NCBI GenBank assembly: GCA_977016875.1
Contig: CDRNST010000064.1
Coordinates: 620,001-684,000 of the forward strand
Reading direction: 5' to 3'
From: Pavona decussata
Taxonomy: Eukaryota
DNA length: 64,000 nucleotides
Part shown: piece after piece, positions 12,435 through 25,994 of the stretch
Numbering within the stretch: position 1 is the first letter of the stretch
Layout of the letters: every line of letters begins with the position of its first letter
Program-made: the position numbers and the translations under genes
The notes under the pieces: model-generated
The model's input: only the letters and a program-made list of their open reading frames with translations
Database searches by the model: none
Told to the model about the DNA's origin: nothing

Positions 12435-15400
12435 GAGCGGCTGCCTGTAAGAATCGAGAACTGCATTTCACCGACCACTTGGTCGAATTTCTGATATTTC
12501 GCCTGAAGATACCCTTGAATTAACTATTTTCGAAAATCATATTTTAAAGTTCCAAGGTATTTTATTTTTTGAAAAAATTGTGAGAGTTTGAAATGCGGCC
12601 TAGGTGCAGTCACGGGCCGATGAAAACCGCAAAAAATTTAGGTCAAAGGACGAAGCACCGTTCACGATGTAAAATAACCCAATGAACTTGAAACTTTACA
12701 CAAACCTAGACCAACCATCACACAAGAAAATTAATACAATAAACATTCCAAACTCGCTGGCTGCTTTCTAAAGCATGCAGATTTGTGTACGCTACTCAAA
12801 ATGGCCTCGAAACTAATGCCTATTTTCATTAAAATTAAAGTGTTTCTGGTATGTCATTTTCTCTAAATTAAATCTCATATCTCAAAAGACGAAGAAAAGA
12901 ACTTTTTTTGTTCCAAGTTTCAACCTCTGATTCAAACTCTTTCCCACTCAAGGAAGATCGAATATGCGTGCGATACTTGCGGCTCGCAATTCACGTCACG
13001 AACTATGAGATCAGAACCGATTCACAAACACTTGACATCTGGAGCCCATGAATGTTTCCAAACATCACATATTAGCCCCTAAAACTAATCAGATTGACTG
13101 AAGACAGCCATTCAATGTTTTTCGATCCCAGATTTCTTTCCTATTCTGCTCTAAAATAATACAGTTATTCCGGTCAATTGGCCTACGACACATGTGCAAC
13201 AAATTTGCATACCATTTCGATGTCGCAGGAAAAAGTAGTGCAAATCAAACTTTAAAGCTCTTTTATCTTCTTAAATGAAGCAGTCGATGAGTAAAATTGA
13301 GAAAAAAGGTGTGACTTTGTTCCTTCCGTGTTGTTTTGGGTGTTCGTTTTTAGCAGCGACGGCTCAATTCAATAAGCCAGTGTGACACTGAACAACTGTA
13401 ACCCGATATTCACTTTGTTGATGTGGGTAACGCACACATGATCCTGGCCAGGCACTTTGCGCGTTCAGGGCGCTTTCACAAAAGTACTGCTTGAGGGCCA
13501 AGCTATGACTACCCTGGTGATGATGACCTTGTCAAGCTTAAAGACCGTACAAGAGATTTGAGAGCCCACCTTTCCAGCTTTGTTTTTTTCCGCGAAAAAA
13601 CTCGACGTTAAAGCATTGACTTACAGTAATGCAGATCATGGAACGTCGATTTTTCGCAAAAAAAAATCTATCCATAACTACCATCCCTACAATTAAAAAT
13701 ATAAAATTTTTAACTTTGAGGGTATCAGAGTAGTGATTTCCCCACCGACCAACCCGACCTCCCCCACCCCCGTCCCCATCCCCCCTTGCGATAAGCGTCA
13801 ATTGTGGTTATTTTTTACTTTCCTAAACCGGTTTTCTCGTTGTTCCTGCCAGTTTCTTTCAATTTCCGAGAAGATAGGAATCTTGCCAGCCTTGGTCTGT
13901 CTGATGATGGCCACGAAAACTATCTTATTAGCGCAAGCGGGTGAGGGCCGTAACTACCTTATCACTAGCACGTGCGGGTGAGGGCCGTGTTTCGCCTATA
14001 CATTTTCCAGTTTCAGATTTCCTGTTATTATTTTTTTTCACGGAGTTGAAAAAAACTGGCAGGAGCAGCGAGAAAACGGTCATTAGGAAACTAAACAATA
14101 ACCACAGCATTATTGACGCTTATTGCTAGGGGGGAGGGGGAAGGTCGGGCTGATGGTCGGTGGGAAATTCACTACTATCCTCTCAAATATACAGATTTTA
14201 TATTTTCAATTGTGAGGAAGGTGGTTATGGGTGTTTTTTTTTCTTTTCACGAAAAAAAATCGACGTTCCAGGGTCTGTATAACTGTAAGTTAAAAAACGA
14301 AATGACACTGACACTTGAATTTTTTTTGCAAAAAAAAAAAACAACAACAACCAAAGCTGGGCTAGGGCGGCTCGCATCTCTTGTACAGTCTTTTAGCTTG
14401 ACAAGGTTTTCATCACCAGGGTAGTCGTAGCTTGGCCCACAAGCAGTAATTTTCACTATTTACAGTTTCTATAAGTGCCCTGTACGCGCAGGATTACATA
14501 CCAAAATGCCTGGCCGAGATCACGTGGGCGTTACCCACATCATCGAAGTGAATATCCAGTTACAGTTGTTCAGTGTCAGGCTAGCTTATTGAATTGAGCC
14601 GTCCCTGCTAAAAACGAACACTCAAAACAACAAGGAAGGAACAAAGTCACACGTTTTTCTCCATTTTACTGATCGGCTGCTTCATTTAAGAAGCTAAAGG
14701 AGCTGTAAAGTTTGATTTGCACTACTTTTTCTTGCGACATCGAAATGGTATGCAAATTTGTTGCGCAAGTTTCATATGCTAATTGACCGGAATAACTATA
14801 TTATTTTAGAGCAGAATAGGAAAGAAATCTGGGATCGAAAAACATTGAATGGCTGTCTTCAGTCAATATGATTAGTTTTAGGGCCTATTATGTGATGTTT
14901 GGAAACATCCACGGGCTCCAGATGTCAAGTGTTTGTGAATCGGTTCTGTTCTCATAATTCGTGACGTGAATTGCGAGCCACAAGTATCGCACGCATATTC
15001 GATCTTCCTTGAGTAGGAAAGAGTTTGAATCAGAGCTTGAAACTTGGAACAAATAAAGTTCTTTTCTTCGTCTTTCGAGATATGAGATTCAATTTAGAGA
15101 AAATGACATACCAGAAACACTTTAATTTTAATGAAAATAGGCATTAGTTTCGAGGCCATTTTGAGTAGCGTACACAAATCTGCATGCTTTAGAAAGCAGC
15201 CAGCGAGTTTGGAATGTTTATTGATTTAATTTTCTTGTGTGATGGTTGGTCTAGGTTTGTGTAAAGTTTCAACTTCATTGGGTTATTTTACACCGTGAAC
15301 GGTGCTTCGTCCTTTGACCTAAATTTTCACGGTTTTCATCGGCCCGTGGCCGCACCTAGGCCGCATTTCAAACTCTCACAATTTTTTCAAAAAATAAAAT

Positions 15401-15524
15401 ACCTTGGAACTTTAAAATATGATTTTCGAAAATAGTTAATTCAAGGGTATCTTCAGGCGAAATATCAGAAATTCGACCAAGTGGTCGGTGAAATGCAGTT
15501 CTCGATTCTTACAGGCAGCCACTC
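12435..15524. mobile_element. Non-autonomous foldback DNA transposon with ~1.4-kb TIRs, Sola3-type (GAG...CTC termini, TTAA target)
   Basis: 12435-~13872 is the reverse complement of ~14037-15524. Ends are GAGCGGCTGCCTGTAAG and CTTACAGGCAGCCACTC, flanked by ATAA and TTAA. No coding capacity. Confidence 0.85.
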
Positions 15525-15835
15525 TTAATGGAAGAATTCATATACTTCATGGTGATGGGTATATTAGTTATTCAACTCTGGAGTATTTATTGACTAACAG
15601 TGACGTGAGAGCTGGGCGTTTTCATCTTCTACGTAAAATCTTTAAAAAAAATTGCCCAGAACGGCCAGTTATATCTGGTTGTAACACACCCACAGAAAAA
15701 ATATCTCCTTTTGTGGATTATCATTTGAAACCTTTGGTGCCTCCCTCTTATGTCAAGGATACTAATGACTTTTTGAACAAACTTAAAGATATGGAGAAGT
15801 TTGTGGAAGGAACAATTCTGGTCACTCTTGAAGTA

Positions 15836-17179
15836 CAGTACCGCCTGAATCCATATGCACATTGGCACGCGTGAAAGCCAACGTGGTTCACGAGACGAAA
15901 CCTAGGGTGAATATTTCCCGCAGTCAAAAGGATGAGGCCCAAACACAATACTTTTGTTTTTCGTTGAATAGATTTTTTTCTCAAGTAAACCGCATGAAAC
16001 ATGAAACACCGCCTTGAAATGCAGCAGGTCTTTGGAATCGTCACATAGGAGACTAATCTTGGGACTGTTTTAGGTGCATGGATTTCCACCATTGCACAAT
16101 TCAACATACACAAACCGTCCATGCATTTTCTCTAGCCGTTTAAATTCAAGCGGATTTCCCTGAACAGATCCGGGAAACAGATCGAGCGCGCGATTTGCTT
16201 TCCTCCGATGAATGTTGCATGACTCACGTGACATGCGTTACCCGTAATATACATTAATGGTGACTTCAGTTTTGAAAAGTAAGCAACATCTTGTCGGCTA
16301 TTGCACGGTGCAAGCAATGTTGTAATTTGCTTCTAATCCATGCTTTTGTGTATTTACTTACCTAAGTGGCCGAAAATAATATTTTTGTGTGTACTTTTCT
16401 AGTATGAAGAGACGGACGTTTTTACTCGGAAATTCCGACACATAAAAATCGAAAATATGCAAATCATTCGCATTGAACCTTTTCAATTGCGGCAGGCCAT
16501 GCCGTCACAGCTGTGTTTGTTTGAAGTTTTGCGGACGATAAAGGAAATTAGTACGCCTGAATACTGCACAAACATTATTTGACACTAGCAAACAAAAACG
16601 TTTCATTCATTATACAAAAGAAGAAAAGTATTTGTGGAAAACAAACGAAAGCATTAGGCATGCAAATTGCAAACAAAATTAATCGAAGCGTGGCAACACT
16701 GACAACGCTTTGAATTCGTTCGCCATTTTCGATCAATTTGTTTGAAAAATTTCGAGTTCTGCACCGATACTTTGATAGCAGATTTACTGAGCGATAAATA
16801 ATAAGCTATACAAGAAAAGTTGAAGTTTAACTTCGAAGTCCTTTGTATTGACGTACGCTTTGATCTCGAGTGACAGTAGCTCAAGCAGCGAGCGATGCAT
16901 CGATGAGATCGCGAGGTGGCTGTGGTTTCCGTCAATATCTCTTGGGTAAATGCCACCTGATAACTAACAATGAAACACAAACAACGAGCAAACAAAGGCA
17001 ATTAAGAGCACAAACATGCGGCCATTGAAAAACGCGTTATTCCCTAGGTTTCGTTTCGGTTTCGTCTTGTGCTTCATTCGTTCCTCTCGAGGTGGACGTA
17101 AGGGCAAAACGCGTGCACTGCCCTTGAGTCCACCTCGTGAAACCCGCGGCTGATGTACATATGGATTCAGGCGGTGCTG
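15836..17179. mobile_element. Non-autonomous Tc1/mariner/pogo-type element with TA target-site duplication
   Basis: TIRs cagtaccgcctgaatccatatgcacat and atgtacatatggattcaggcggtgctg; TA at 15834-35 and 17180-81. Removing it rejoins RT motif A of the Penelope element. Confidence 0.85.
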
Positions 17180-19319
17180 TAGTTCGCTTTTATTGCAATA
17201 TCCCCATGATAAAGGTTTGGAAGCTATGCGAAAAATTCTGAATAAGAGAATTGACCAAGAGATCCCTACCGCTCATATTGTTGACTTGGTGGAATTGGTT
17301 CTCAAGAACAATAACTTTGAATTTGACGGTAAACATTTTTCACAAAAACCTGGTACAGCTATTGGTACCAGAATGGCACCTGCCTACGCTAATATGTTTA
17401 TGCACGACCTAGAATCGCAGCTACTGGATTTAGCTCCAGTAAAGCCCTATCTTTGGCTCAGGTACATTAATGGTTTTTTCATGATTTGCACAGCAGGAAG
17501 AAGGATCACCTCTGGAGTTCCTTCAGTGGATAAATCAGTTTCATGATACCATCAAGTTTACATGGGACTGGTCAAAACAGAGCATTCACTATCTTAATGT
17601 ACAGGTTATAAACAACAACGGTCTTATTGAAACTGATTTGCATACTAATTAAAAAAAGTCAACTGATAAGCATCAGTACTTGTTCCATAGTTCATGTCAT
17701 CCTAAGGGGGTTAAACAAAGTATCCCATATGCACAGGCTTTTAGGCTCAGACGCATTTGTTCTACTTCTACTCCGTTTGAACATAGGGCAGCTGATCTTA
17801 GTAAGTGTTTAGTTTATACAGGTTATCAAGAAAAAATTTTTCAGGACCAAATACATAAGGCTTGGGTAATAGACCGGGAGGAGCTACTTGCACCGAGGCC
17901 ACGAACAGATAACAAAAAATTACCGTTTGTGGTTACATATCATCCATGTCTACCTAATAAATAATATAATATACCTAATTTTAATTCTAGGAATGCTGTT
18001 TATTTAATTAGTTGCAAGGTTTGTGGTTTCCAGTATGTCAGCTCAACCACCACTAAGTTTAGGTTGAGGTTCAACAACCACAAGAGCCGTTTACGAGCCC
18101 ACTCTAAGATGTCTGCTGCCAATAAGGAGAGCGATGACCTTGTTTATAAGCACTTTTATGGTCATGGGCATCATAGACTGCAGAATGTTAGTATACGACT
18201 TATAGATAAGGTTAATGCAAAAGAAGATATGCAATGGGCATATTGGTCCTTCGAAAGCGGATGGGCTCGATGAGAGTGATTTCTTTTTTAGCCAAAATAG
18301 TGGGGAACGTATCCGAAATTAGATTTCTGTTTTTTTCTGTAAGGGTGCCCAAGTCTAGGCTCACCAATAATAGCAGGGAAGTTTCAATGGGAATTGTAAG
18401 CGATTGTGTTGAACTGACGGACAAGTTAGCTAACCTCGGCAAGGTTCTTTGACTGGCTAAGATCGGGTACATCTGAACCTTTTTTCCTTTTGCCTGGATT
18501 CTCACATACAATCATCAGATTCAGCAAATTGTGAGACTTCCTTTAGACGTCAACAATTGAAAGTTTCTACCTAGCAGTAGAGGATGATCCAAGAGTGAAT
18601 AAGCTCTTCTGCGAACCCTCTTTTCTTTTTTCTAACTTTCATTGTTGGCAGAAGGCTGCTATTGTAAAAAAAAATCACCCCAGCCGATTCCCTATCATTC
18701 AAAAGGCAAAGTCATGCAATATCTGTGAAGATTTTTTGTATTTGTGGAGAGTCCATCAATTGGCTTTCATCCCCAATATTGGGAGGATCAACACCAAAAT
18801 ACTACATAAACACACCGATTCTTTATAAAAAAAAATTAAAATTGATAACAATAACAACTATGATGATACCGACCACGTTATGATGATGATATTAATGAGT
18901 TTAGTTTAAGTTAATCATTACTGTGGCACACTGCTCATTTCTGTGTATTTTGTTAGAATGATCAATGGGTTTTCTCGTATGGATTGACAGAACAGTATTC
19001 AAGTTTCTGCTAAGCAACCAACATTGGTTCAGAAGGTGAAAAATCGTTTGACACAGTTTAGCCATATTCGGTCGCACGCAATTGCAAAATGTTATGTAGT
19101 TGTGTGATTGCATTTCCCTGGTGTTTATAATGAGGATTTTTATGGACAACTAAGCTATCACTAGTGTAATAGTTTGTATCAGAACCTTTTCTTTCCAACG
19201 TAGCCGTGGATGCCCATACTAGCTTTTGAGAGATCTGACTCTATACATACTGTTTAAACTTGCCAAGACATTTGCGTTTCAAGTGGGAAAATGTTATTGT
19301 TGTAGGAATTGTTCTCATA

Positions 19320-19430
19320 AGGAACTGAAGTCGTTAAATGAATTTTTAAATCCAGCTGTGGACGAAATGAAAGCTTTGTGGAAAGGTGTGCATTTGAAGT
19401 CATGCTTAAGTTCTATTTCACTGACGTTTC
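19320..19430 (+). mobile_element. CACTA/EnSpm transposase fragment
   Basis: KELKSLNEFLNPAVDEMKALWKGV resembles the Transposase_21 motif FL.P.VDEL..LW.GV. Confidence 0.5.
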
Positions 19431-19697
19431 GTATATCGCTTTATTTGACAAATTTTACTGTTTCCCAAACATTTCACTAAGTCTTTACATAATCACAGTG
19501 ATGGGAAACCTTTGTGAATTATAATCTATAAATAAATGACTTGTTTTGATAAAGAACATCGTTTCGTGAGTTTATTAGTTTTTTGTTTTTCTTTTATGGG
19601 CGCCATCTCGAATTTTTGGCTCCCTTTTTTTCAAGAATAAAATAACAAAACGACACTCTTCATGTATGTAAAGATTTAGTGAGATCCTGGAAAAAAC

Positions 19698-21171
19698 TCA
19701 AATGTTTTACAAAAAAACAATATATGCCCCTTTTGTGGAAAGCCCTTCAATTGTTTTGTTCTTTGAGACGTCCCTTCAGCATTTTTGTTGTTGTTCTTTT
19801 AGTGTGGATTCAGCCAATAACTCTCAAGTCCTTGAAAAAGTCAAAGGAGAGTTGTTGCACTATGTTGTGGCCCTGAAGAGTGCCAGTGGTCAAAAGCTGA
19901 GACAGAAGATAATAACATGATACAGCCCATCACTGATAAGTAGATGCTCCTAGTAATGGGCTTCCGATGTTGTGTACCTTAAATGACACCTTTACACCGA
20001 ATACTACTCTAGAATTTAACATTTACTTTTAATATTGGTTGCATACCTGTGGCATGCCATACGTGCGTGAATACCAAAATGATAGGAGCAGCTTGTGTGA
20101 ATGAAAAAAAAATCTCAATAATTGACATATTATATATGAGTCACAAGACAGTTTATCCATGGTGTGCTCATAAATTTTATTCCTTTTTTTAATTAGTGGC
20201 ATTCAAAAGGTACTTCCTCTCCACCCACGGGACAGATCAGAAAAAGAAAGGTGGAAGTTACGAAGAACACAAATGAATATGTTGCCAGCAGGGTAGAAAA
20301 AGAGAGGTAAGATTTCGATTACAATACATGTTTTGTTGCACCATGAAAAAGCCACAAAATCTTTGATCCTTGGTTTATTCATATTATTGATGACTTGTTT
20401 CCTCAGATAAAAAAACAACAACAACTCCTCATTATCTATCTCTACTATATGTGTGGGTAGCAGGAACAAAACACAATCAAATAGTTATTGGGTTGCCAAA
20501 TTCTCGGCTTTACATATCAAGCGGCTAAACTTACCTCATTTGACAGTTTCAACGACAGCACAGTCAGTTTCCACAATTTTGAAGGAGGCATGTCAAACCG
20601 TATGTCTGTGCGCGAGAACGTGCCATCACACGACAACGCAATGGCGGAAAAACAAAAATGCCGTGCCAAGTTACTTATGCAAATTAGTCTCAACTGGACT
20701 CTAATGCACGTGCCCCCAGCTAACATAGTCCCTTTAACCCTCACAAACTATGGTTCAGGTTATGGTTACCCCATTGGCACAAACTCACCAGGTGTGATTC
20801 AAGTACCAACTAACTTTCGCTCAGAGGACGAACTCCTTCAGTATTTGGTTGCTTAAGTGCGAGCAACATGCCCTGCTCGTTTTACAAATGACCACAAGGC
20901 AAGGGTGTTAGCCTAATTTCATTCTCCTCTTACAGAGAACTGCGAGAGGCTACTGGTTATCATTCCATACCCTACGTACTTTCCTAACAATGCCTATGCA
21001 AATCCTTCAATCCCAAACACACCCTTAAAACAGCAACTGAATCAACTACATCTCAATTCACTACAAGGATTTAATACAATGCATAGCCAAACTACACCAA
21101 ACCCGTACTTGCCTTGTTCTTTTCCAAGTGTGAATACCTCCCTGTCCTCTGCAATTCTGCCTTCTGCAAAT
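19698..21171. repeat. Dispersed duplication, copy B (longer; continues into low-complexity ORFs 21079-21652)
   Basis: Matches 1-1418; has extra segments at about 20404-20430 and 20682-20718. Confidence 0.9.
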
Positions 21172-22796
21172 AGCGACCAGCGTTCTACCTATGGCTCCTT
21201 AATATGTCCTACCTCTATTCAACAACAAAGTTCCAACACATTTTCCTTTGGTTCTTTTCTGCCTTGGCAGAATTCTTTTACATCACAAATTCCTACCGGA
21301 CTTGGTGCAGAAACCGACCCTCACAGTGCTCCCATCGACAACAACATGTGCCCTTCTGCAGGTCCACATTAAGGAATGCCATTGGTGACAACCACATTAA
21401 CAGGAACAATCACAACTCCTCCGCCATATATTGCAGAAAGTGTGGCATCAAGTATACCAGACAGCGTCAACATCAACAACAACAACAACGGCTGGATCAA
21501 ATAATAGCGAATTACCCACATTTACGGCTGCATTGTCTGCTTTGGAATTACTACTACGTAGGCGAACAGAGATGCAGTCTGAACACCATTCGCAGCTGAT
21601 GGTGGTTATGGCAAAACATCGAAGAATGATGGCAGAATTTACGGAACATTGACTGTCAAACAACATAAGTTATCAACATTGTCTTTTGATTTTCGCTCAC
21701 TGTTTGTTTCTGTACTTTTGTAACCTCTAATTTCTGTTGTTTGGGATGTACAAAAATTACGCTTTTGATTTTTGGTACGTGCCAGTATAATGGAAAATGG
21801 ATATTATTTGTCACTGTTTCCTTCTAGAATCCTTTTCTTGAGATGCCGGCCAGAGTACGAAAGTAGACTAAGAGAAAACAATTTGCAGAAGGTAATATGA
21901 TTTATTAATTAAAATGATAAGAGTAGTGTCTAAGCTTCGTTCATCTCACCAAACACTTGATGAGAGGCCCATTCCTCTCTAAGCCAATTTGTTCGTTCGC
22001 ATACTGTGATAGTCAGGCCTTAACTACGAGAATGTTTCACAAATAGTCCATGGGCCAAGTGGCTAAAAATCGCGGATCGTGACCACTCGGGGGTACGAGG
22101 GCCACCATTTATCAAATTAAAGCTTATCGTGTGTAGATTTCAAAAATATATAACAGAAATGTTGTAAGAGTAGCTTAAGGGAGTCACGTGACCTTGAATT
22201 TTGCATAAATCGATAATATACTAGAATGCAGTAATTCTGTAGATTCTGCATAAAATAAAGCAGGCATAAATAAGATATAATGTCTGTAAAGTATTTTGTC
22301 ACTTTTAGGATAAATAGTCACGTGACAGTGACGTCACTTCCTGTCGTGGTAAAAAATCTTTTAGGTGATTCTAAACTACAACATATGAAAAGCAGTAAAA
22401 GATAAAATAATTAGTTTAATGTTAGATGCATGCTTTACATGTATGCTTTAGACCTGGCACAAATGTACAAGGAAGCCATCTTGTTTTAGTGGTAAATACA
22501 GTCCTCAAAGATGTAAAACAAAAAAGGATTCAAGCATACCTCGTAAAATACAAAGAACTGAGCCTGATTGCATTGTACTGATGATGACACAAAATTAATC
22601 AGTACAAATTCTCTTGACTCATGGAAAACGCTGCAAAAAGCTGGTGAAATCCGAGATCACGAAGGCATTCTTAGTGTACAGGTTGCCGATGACTGAATCC
22701 TGAATGGAGTATTTTACCATCACAAAAGTTCAAGCACATTTACACATAAACCTGGCTTAGATCGAATTAAAAAGAGTAAGAATTATGAAAAAGAGG

Positions 22797-22828
22797 AGGT
22801 GAAGGTGGAGGTGGAGGTGGAGGTGGAG
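22797..22828. repeat. (GGTGGA)n microsatellite
   Basis: Direct tandem hexamer. Confidence 0.8.
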
Positions 22829-23964
22829 ATGAGTCATCCAGAGAGGAAATCATCTATAAGACAAGGTATGATGCATGTTTGGCTAAATAAAAAAAGAATA
22901 AAAGAACTTTAAACAAATAGATAATCATAAAGTAGTTGTGTATGGAAAAAAAAGTTTCAGTATTGCACAATTTTAGTTATAGTTGTATTTATATACATTA
23001 ATATCTTCTTGTATTCTACTATGAAAAGACAAATTCTTAGTAAAATTATCAAAACACGAGAGCGCGCTATAAAAGGGCTTGGGCTCCACCCACAAATTTC
23101 GAAATTGGGGAAAAAACAAAATGGCGGCCAATACGGAGAACAACGATAAATGTGCAAGGAGAGTTGTTTAGATTTATTCCACGAGAAATCATTGAAAAAT
23201 AACCTTTTGAAACAATGAATGTTATTTTTTGAAGTGAATATGTCCTGTTAAGGACAAAGAAGGCAATATTCCGATCACAAAACACGGCCCACGATAGTAC
23301 AATTCAAATCCAGCGCCATTTTGGTTACATTGTCATGTTGACTAAAGCCCCTACTGATCACTAGAAGGGCTTTTTTTTGCTCCTTTTTTGAGCCTACAGT
23401 GACCATCACCATTTGTTAGCAGTTTTGCACAAAATGCATGCGTAAATTCAAGTGCGTGGCAGTCAAAACATGGCGAAAAATCGAAACGGTAAACAACTTC
23501 GTCTTCAGTTTTCGTCGTTTGTTTCGCCATCTTGATCGACTTACCTTCAAAATGTTGGGCGTTTGTCCTCCAGAAAAGAAGACGAAAATAGAAAGAAACA
23601 AGCGGACCAACGCTCAACGAGATCCCGAGAAGAGAAATCCACAGTTCAACATAACTGTTGAGGTGAAGAAGACGAACAGCGCAAGGAAGACCTTCGCAGA
23701 CGATGGAACAACGCCAAATCTGCGATGAGGATTGACAGAACCACATCTTCGACGCAAAATGCAGATTTTCTGGAAGTCCTTCTTTCCTTGTTCGAAACGA
23801 TGCGGCCGTCAAAACTGTCATCTTCTGTAGCATCTACGATATCAAGGCCTATTCCACCGTCCACCGAGCCTGTTCAGCCTCCAGTATTGTAGTCGTCAAG
23901 ACCTGTTTGGCACATGGCTAAATCGGTAAAAAAAAAAATTGAGCAAAAAGGCCCAGGCAAAGCC

Positions 23965-24673
23965 ATGAGCTGCTCTCAAAACATGGATTCATGCCATCAT
24001 AACTCACCTCTGGTGGTGTGCAAAGACTTCACAAGGCAATGGTACTGAGTGTGTGGAATGATGGAAATCTATAGTTTATCACACGGCAAACATACACCAC
24101 TGGGAGGGTTGTCAGCATTTCCATCGGTGTGCCCACCCACCCATCCCACAAGAAACCGAGAGAAGGAAGCAGTGGCTAAAAGTTGGAAGCCCAGCCCATG
24201 ATGCTCTGAAGGAGGTTGCTTGGAACAAGTCTCTTTTAAAGGATATAGCGATGCTTCCAGAATTTATCCACACAGGCATCTTAAAGATGTATCAGGGTCT
24301 AATGACAAAGAAATACTGTCATAAGTTGCATCATTACTCTTACCATGGCATGAGAGCACGCACTCAACTTGCTATTCTTGACCACAATCATAATGTGGGA
24401 CGTACCCAAGCCATGACCAAAGAGGGTGTGGCAAAACACAAATTTGTCCATCCCAAGGGAAGTCCTGGCTGGGTTGCAAAGCCTCAGTACAAGGATAAGT
24501 CTTACCAGTTTTTGCATGATCTCATGGCTGATCTAGTTGCATTCAAGAGACGCCAAATTGAAGTGCCTCCCCTTCCCGCTAAGCCTGCTGCAGCAAACAT
24601 TACTCCTACAGCAAGGCCACCCAAAGAGAACTTGCTAGAGAGATATAGATCTCACTTTATACAAATAATGTAA
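23965..24673 (+). mobile_element. Kolobok-type transposase C-terminal fragment
   Basis: WIHAIITHLWWCAKTS...HTANIHHW...CAHPP...HTGILKMY...YSYHGMRARTQLAILDHNHNVGR matches Kolobok transposase motifs; contains stop codons. Confidence 0.75.
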
Positions 24674-24699
24674 CAAACTGAACAAAGTTTTTTTGCTCC

Positions 24700-24822
24700 T
24701 TTCATACAATTTACTGTATCCAGGATAAGTCCACTTCGGAATAACTTTCGTCAGGTGTACGAAATCTAGTGTAATTTCCATCTGCATCAGGATAGGCTTC
24801 TCGTATATGCCGTATATTGCAA
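24700..24822 (-). pseudogene. 3' end of Kolobok companion gene (KolX, P2X7 cytoplasmic-ballast-like), convergent with the transposase
   Basis: Minus strand reads IREAYPDADGNYTRF, matching the IR..(F/Y)P...G.Y.GF C-terminal motif. Confidence 0.6.
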
Positions 24823-24829
24823 AGATCAG

Positions 24830-25900
24830 TGAGTTAGGCGTGGAGAGTTTATCTGCGTTTCTGTTCCGGGTTTGGTTTGGTGCCTATCCCAGCCTCTCAC
24901 CGAACTGTAATTCGATTCCTGATCCCTTTGTCTACTTACTGCAAGTATTCCACGATAATTAATTACTTGTCTGCCATTTATGTACTTCATCGACACTTTG
25001 GCCACAATGTCACCTTTGAGGATCCTTTTGCGCTCAAACTAATCGTTCGCGGTCTTCGGCGCATTTTGGGTGATGCACAAGATCAAAAATTACCCATCAC
25101 TCCTGAAATCCTTTGGCGCATTCGTTCTGAGCTAATGGCCAACAGGGACTCTGGATTCTGGGCAGCGATGCTAATTGGTTTTTCCTCCTTTTTTCGCAAG
25201 TCTAACCTCCCCAAATCTGCCAAGGATTACGACCCTTCAAAAACCTTGTCATGCGAGGACATTCTCGTTCGCCCGTGGGGCTTAGTGATCTGTGTGCAGT
25301 GGTCCAAGACCATCCAGTTCAAACAACACAAGTTACTCATACCGGTTGTTCGCCTCCCGTCGAATCACCCGTTGTCTCCGGTGCAGGCCTATGAACGCCA
25401 TTTGCGATTATTTCCTGCACCACCCTCCTCGCCTGCCATTCTGCATTTTTTGTGCAGATCACGCCGCGCCAATCGCGCACTCGGTTTTCACCGCCAAATT
25501 ACGCCAATCCCTGAGTCACACAGGGCTCAAGGCCTCTAACTACTCTGGCCATAGTTTCCATCGTGGAGGAGCAACGTTCGCCTTCTGTTGTGGTGCGCCT
25601 ACTGAACTTATCAGTCTCTGGTCTTCAGACGCGGTGCTGCTGTACATCGCTCAGCCGTTGGAACGTCATTTGTCTGCGGCACATCTTATCACGAAGAACA
25701 TTATCTCATCCTCTACCTCATTCTTCCCTTTCCACTATATTTTCCTTTTCTTTCTTTTTTTCTCATTTTTAATTCTCTTTTTTTGTCTGGCGGTTTGGGC
25801 AGGCCACATCCAGGGGGGAACAGTTTCGATCTCGGCTCTTCTGCTCCCCTTTGATGCGGCTTTGCTTTTTTCCGGCAAACAATAAAGTTGAAATTTGTAT
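24830..25900 (+). mobile_element. DIRS/Ngaro tyrosine-recombinase gene, frameshifted
   Basis: STIINYLSAI, KLPITPEIL, FFRKSNL (catalytic R), WSKTIQF, YSGHSFHRGGAT (HxxR), WSSDAVLLY. Confidence 0.85.
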
Positions 25901-25994
25901 ATATATTATCTCTGTGCATTTCCTTGATTTACCTGCGTAGGATTATATTCCTGTCATGATGAGCCTCCAAAGCAAGAAAAGCCTACATGCTCCT

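Larger units (their letters stand above)
11674..18290 (+). mobile_element. Penelope-like retroelement (RT + GIY-YIG), degenerate, split by two DNA transposons
   Basis: VVNLSSRELTQAEISVLSKGLSFCPTP (~11935), IKQADKGS (~12320), RPVISGCNTPTEKIS and SYVKDTNDFL (15660-15780), GTAIGTRMAPAYAN and LRYING (degenerate YIDD; 17350-17470), SCHP...IPYAQAFRLRRICS, and GIY-YIG VYLISCKVCGFQYV...RFNNHKS (~18000-18090). Confidence 0.9.

Noticed and set aside
13871-13930. Hammerhead ribozyme (CTGATGA...GAAA with flanking aagatag/ctatctt)
   Set aside because: No proper NUH cleavage triplet next to stem III and no convincing stems I or II; it lies in a DNA-transposon spacer, not a Penelope terminal repeat.
13538-14456. 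ORFs on both strands inside the foldback element
   Set aside because: Mirror-image by-products of the inverted repeat; low complexity and no domains.
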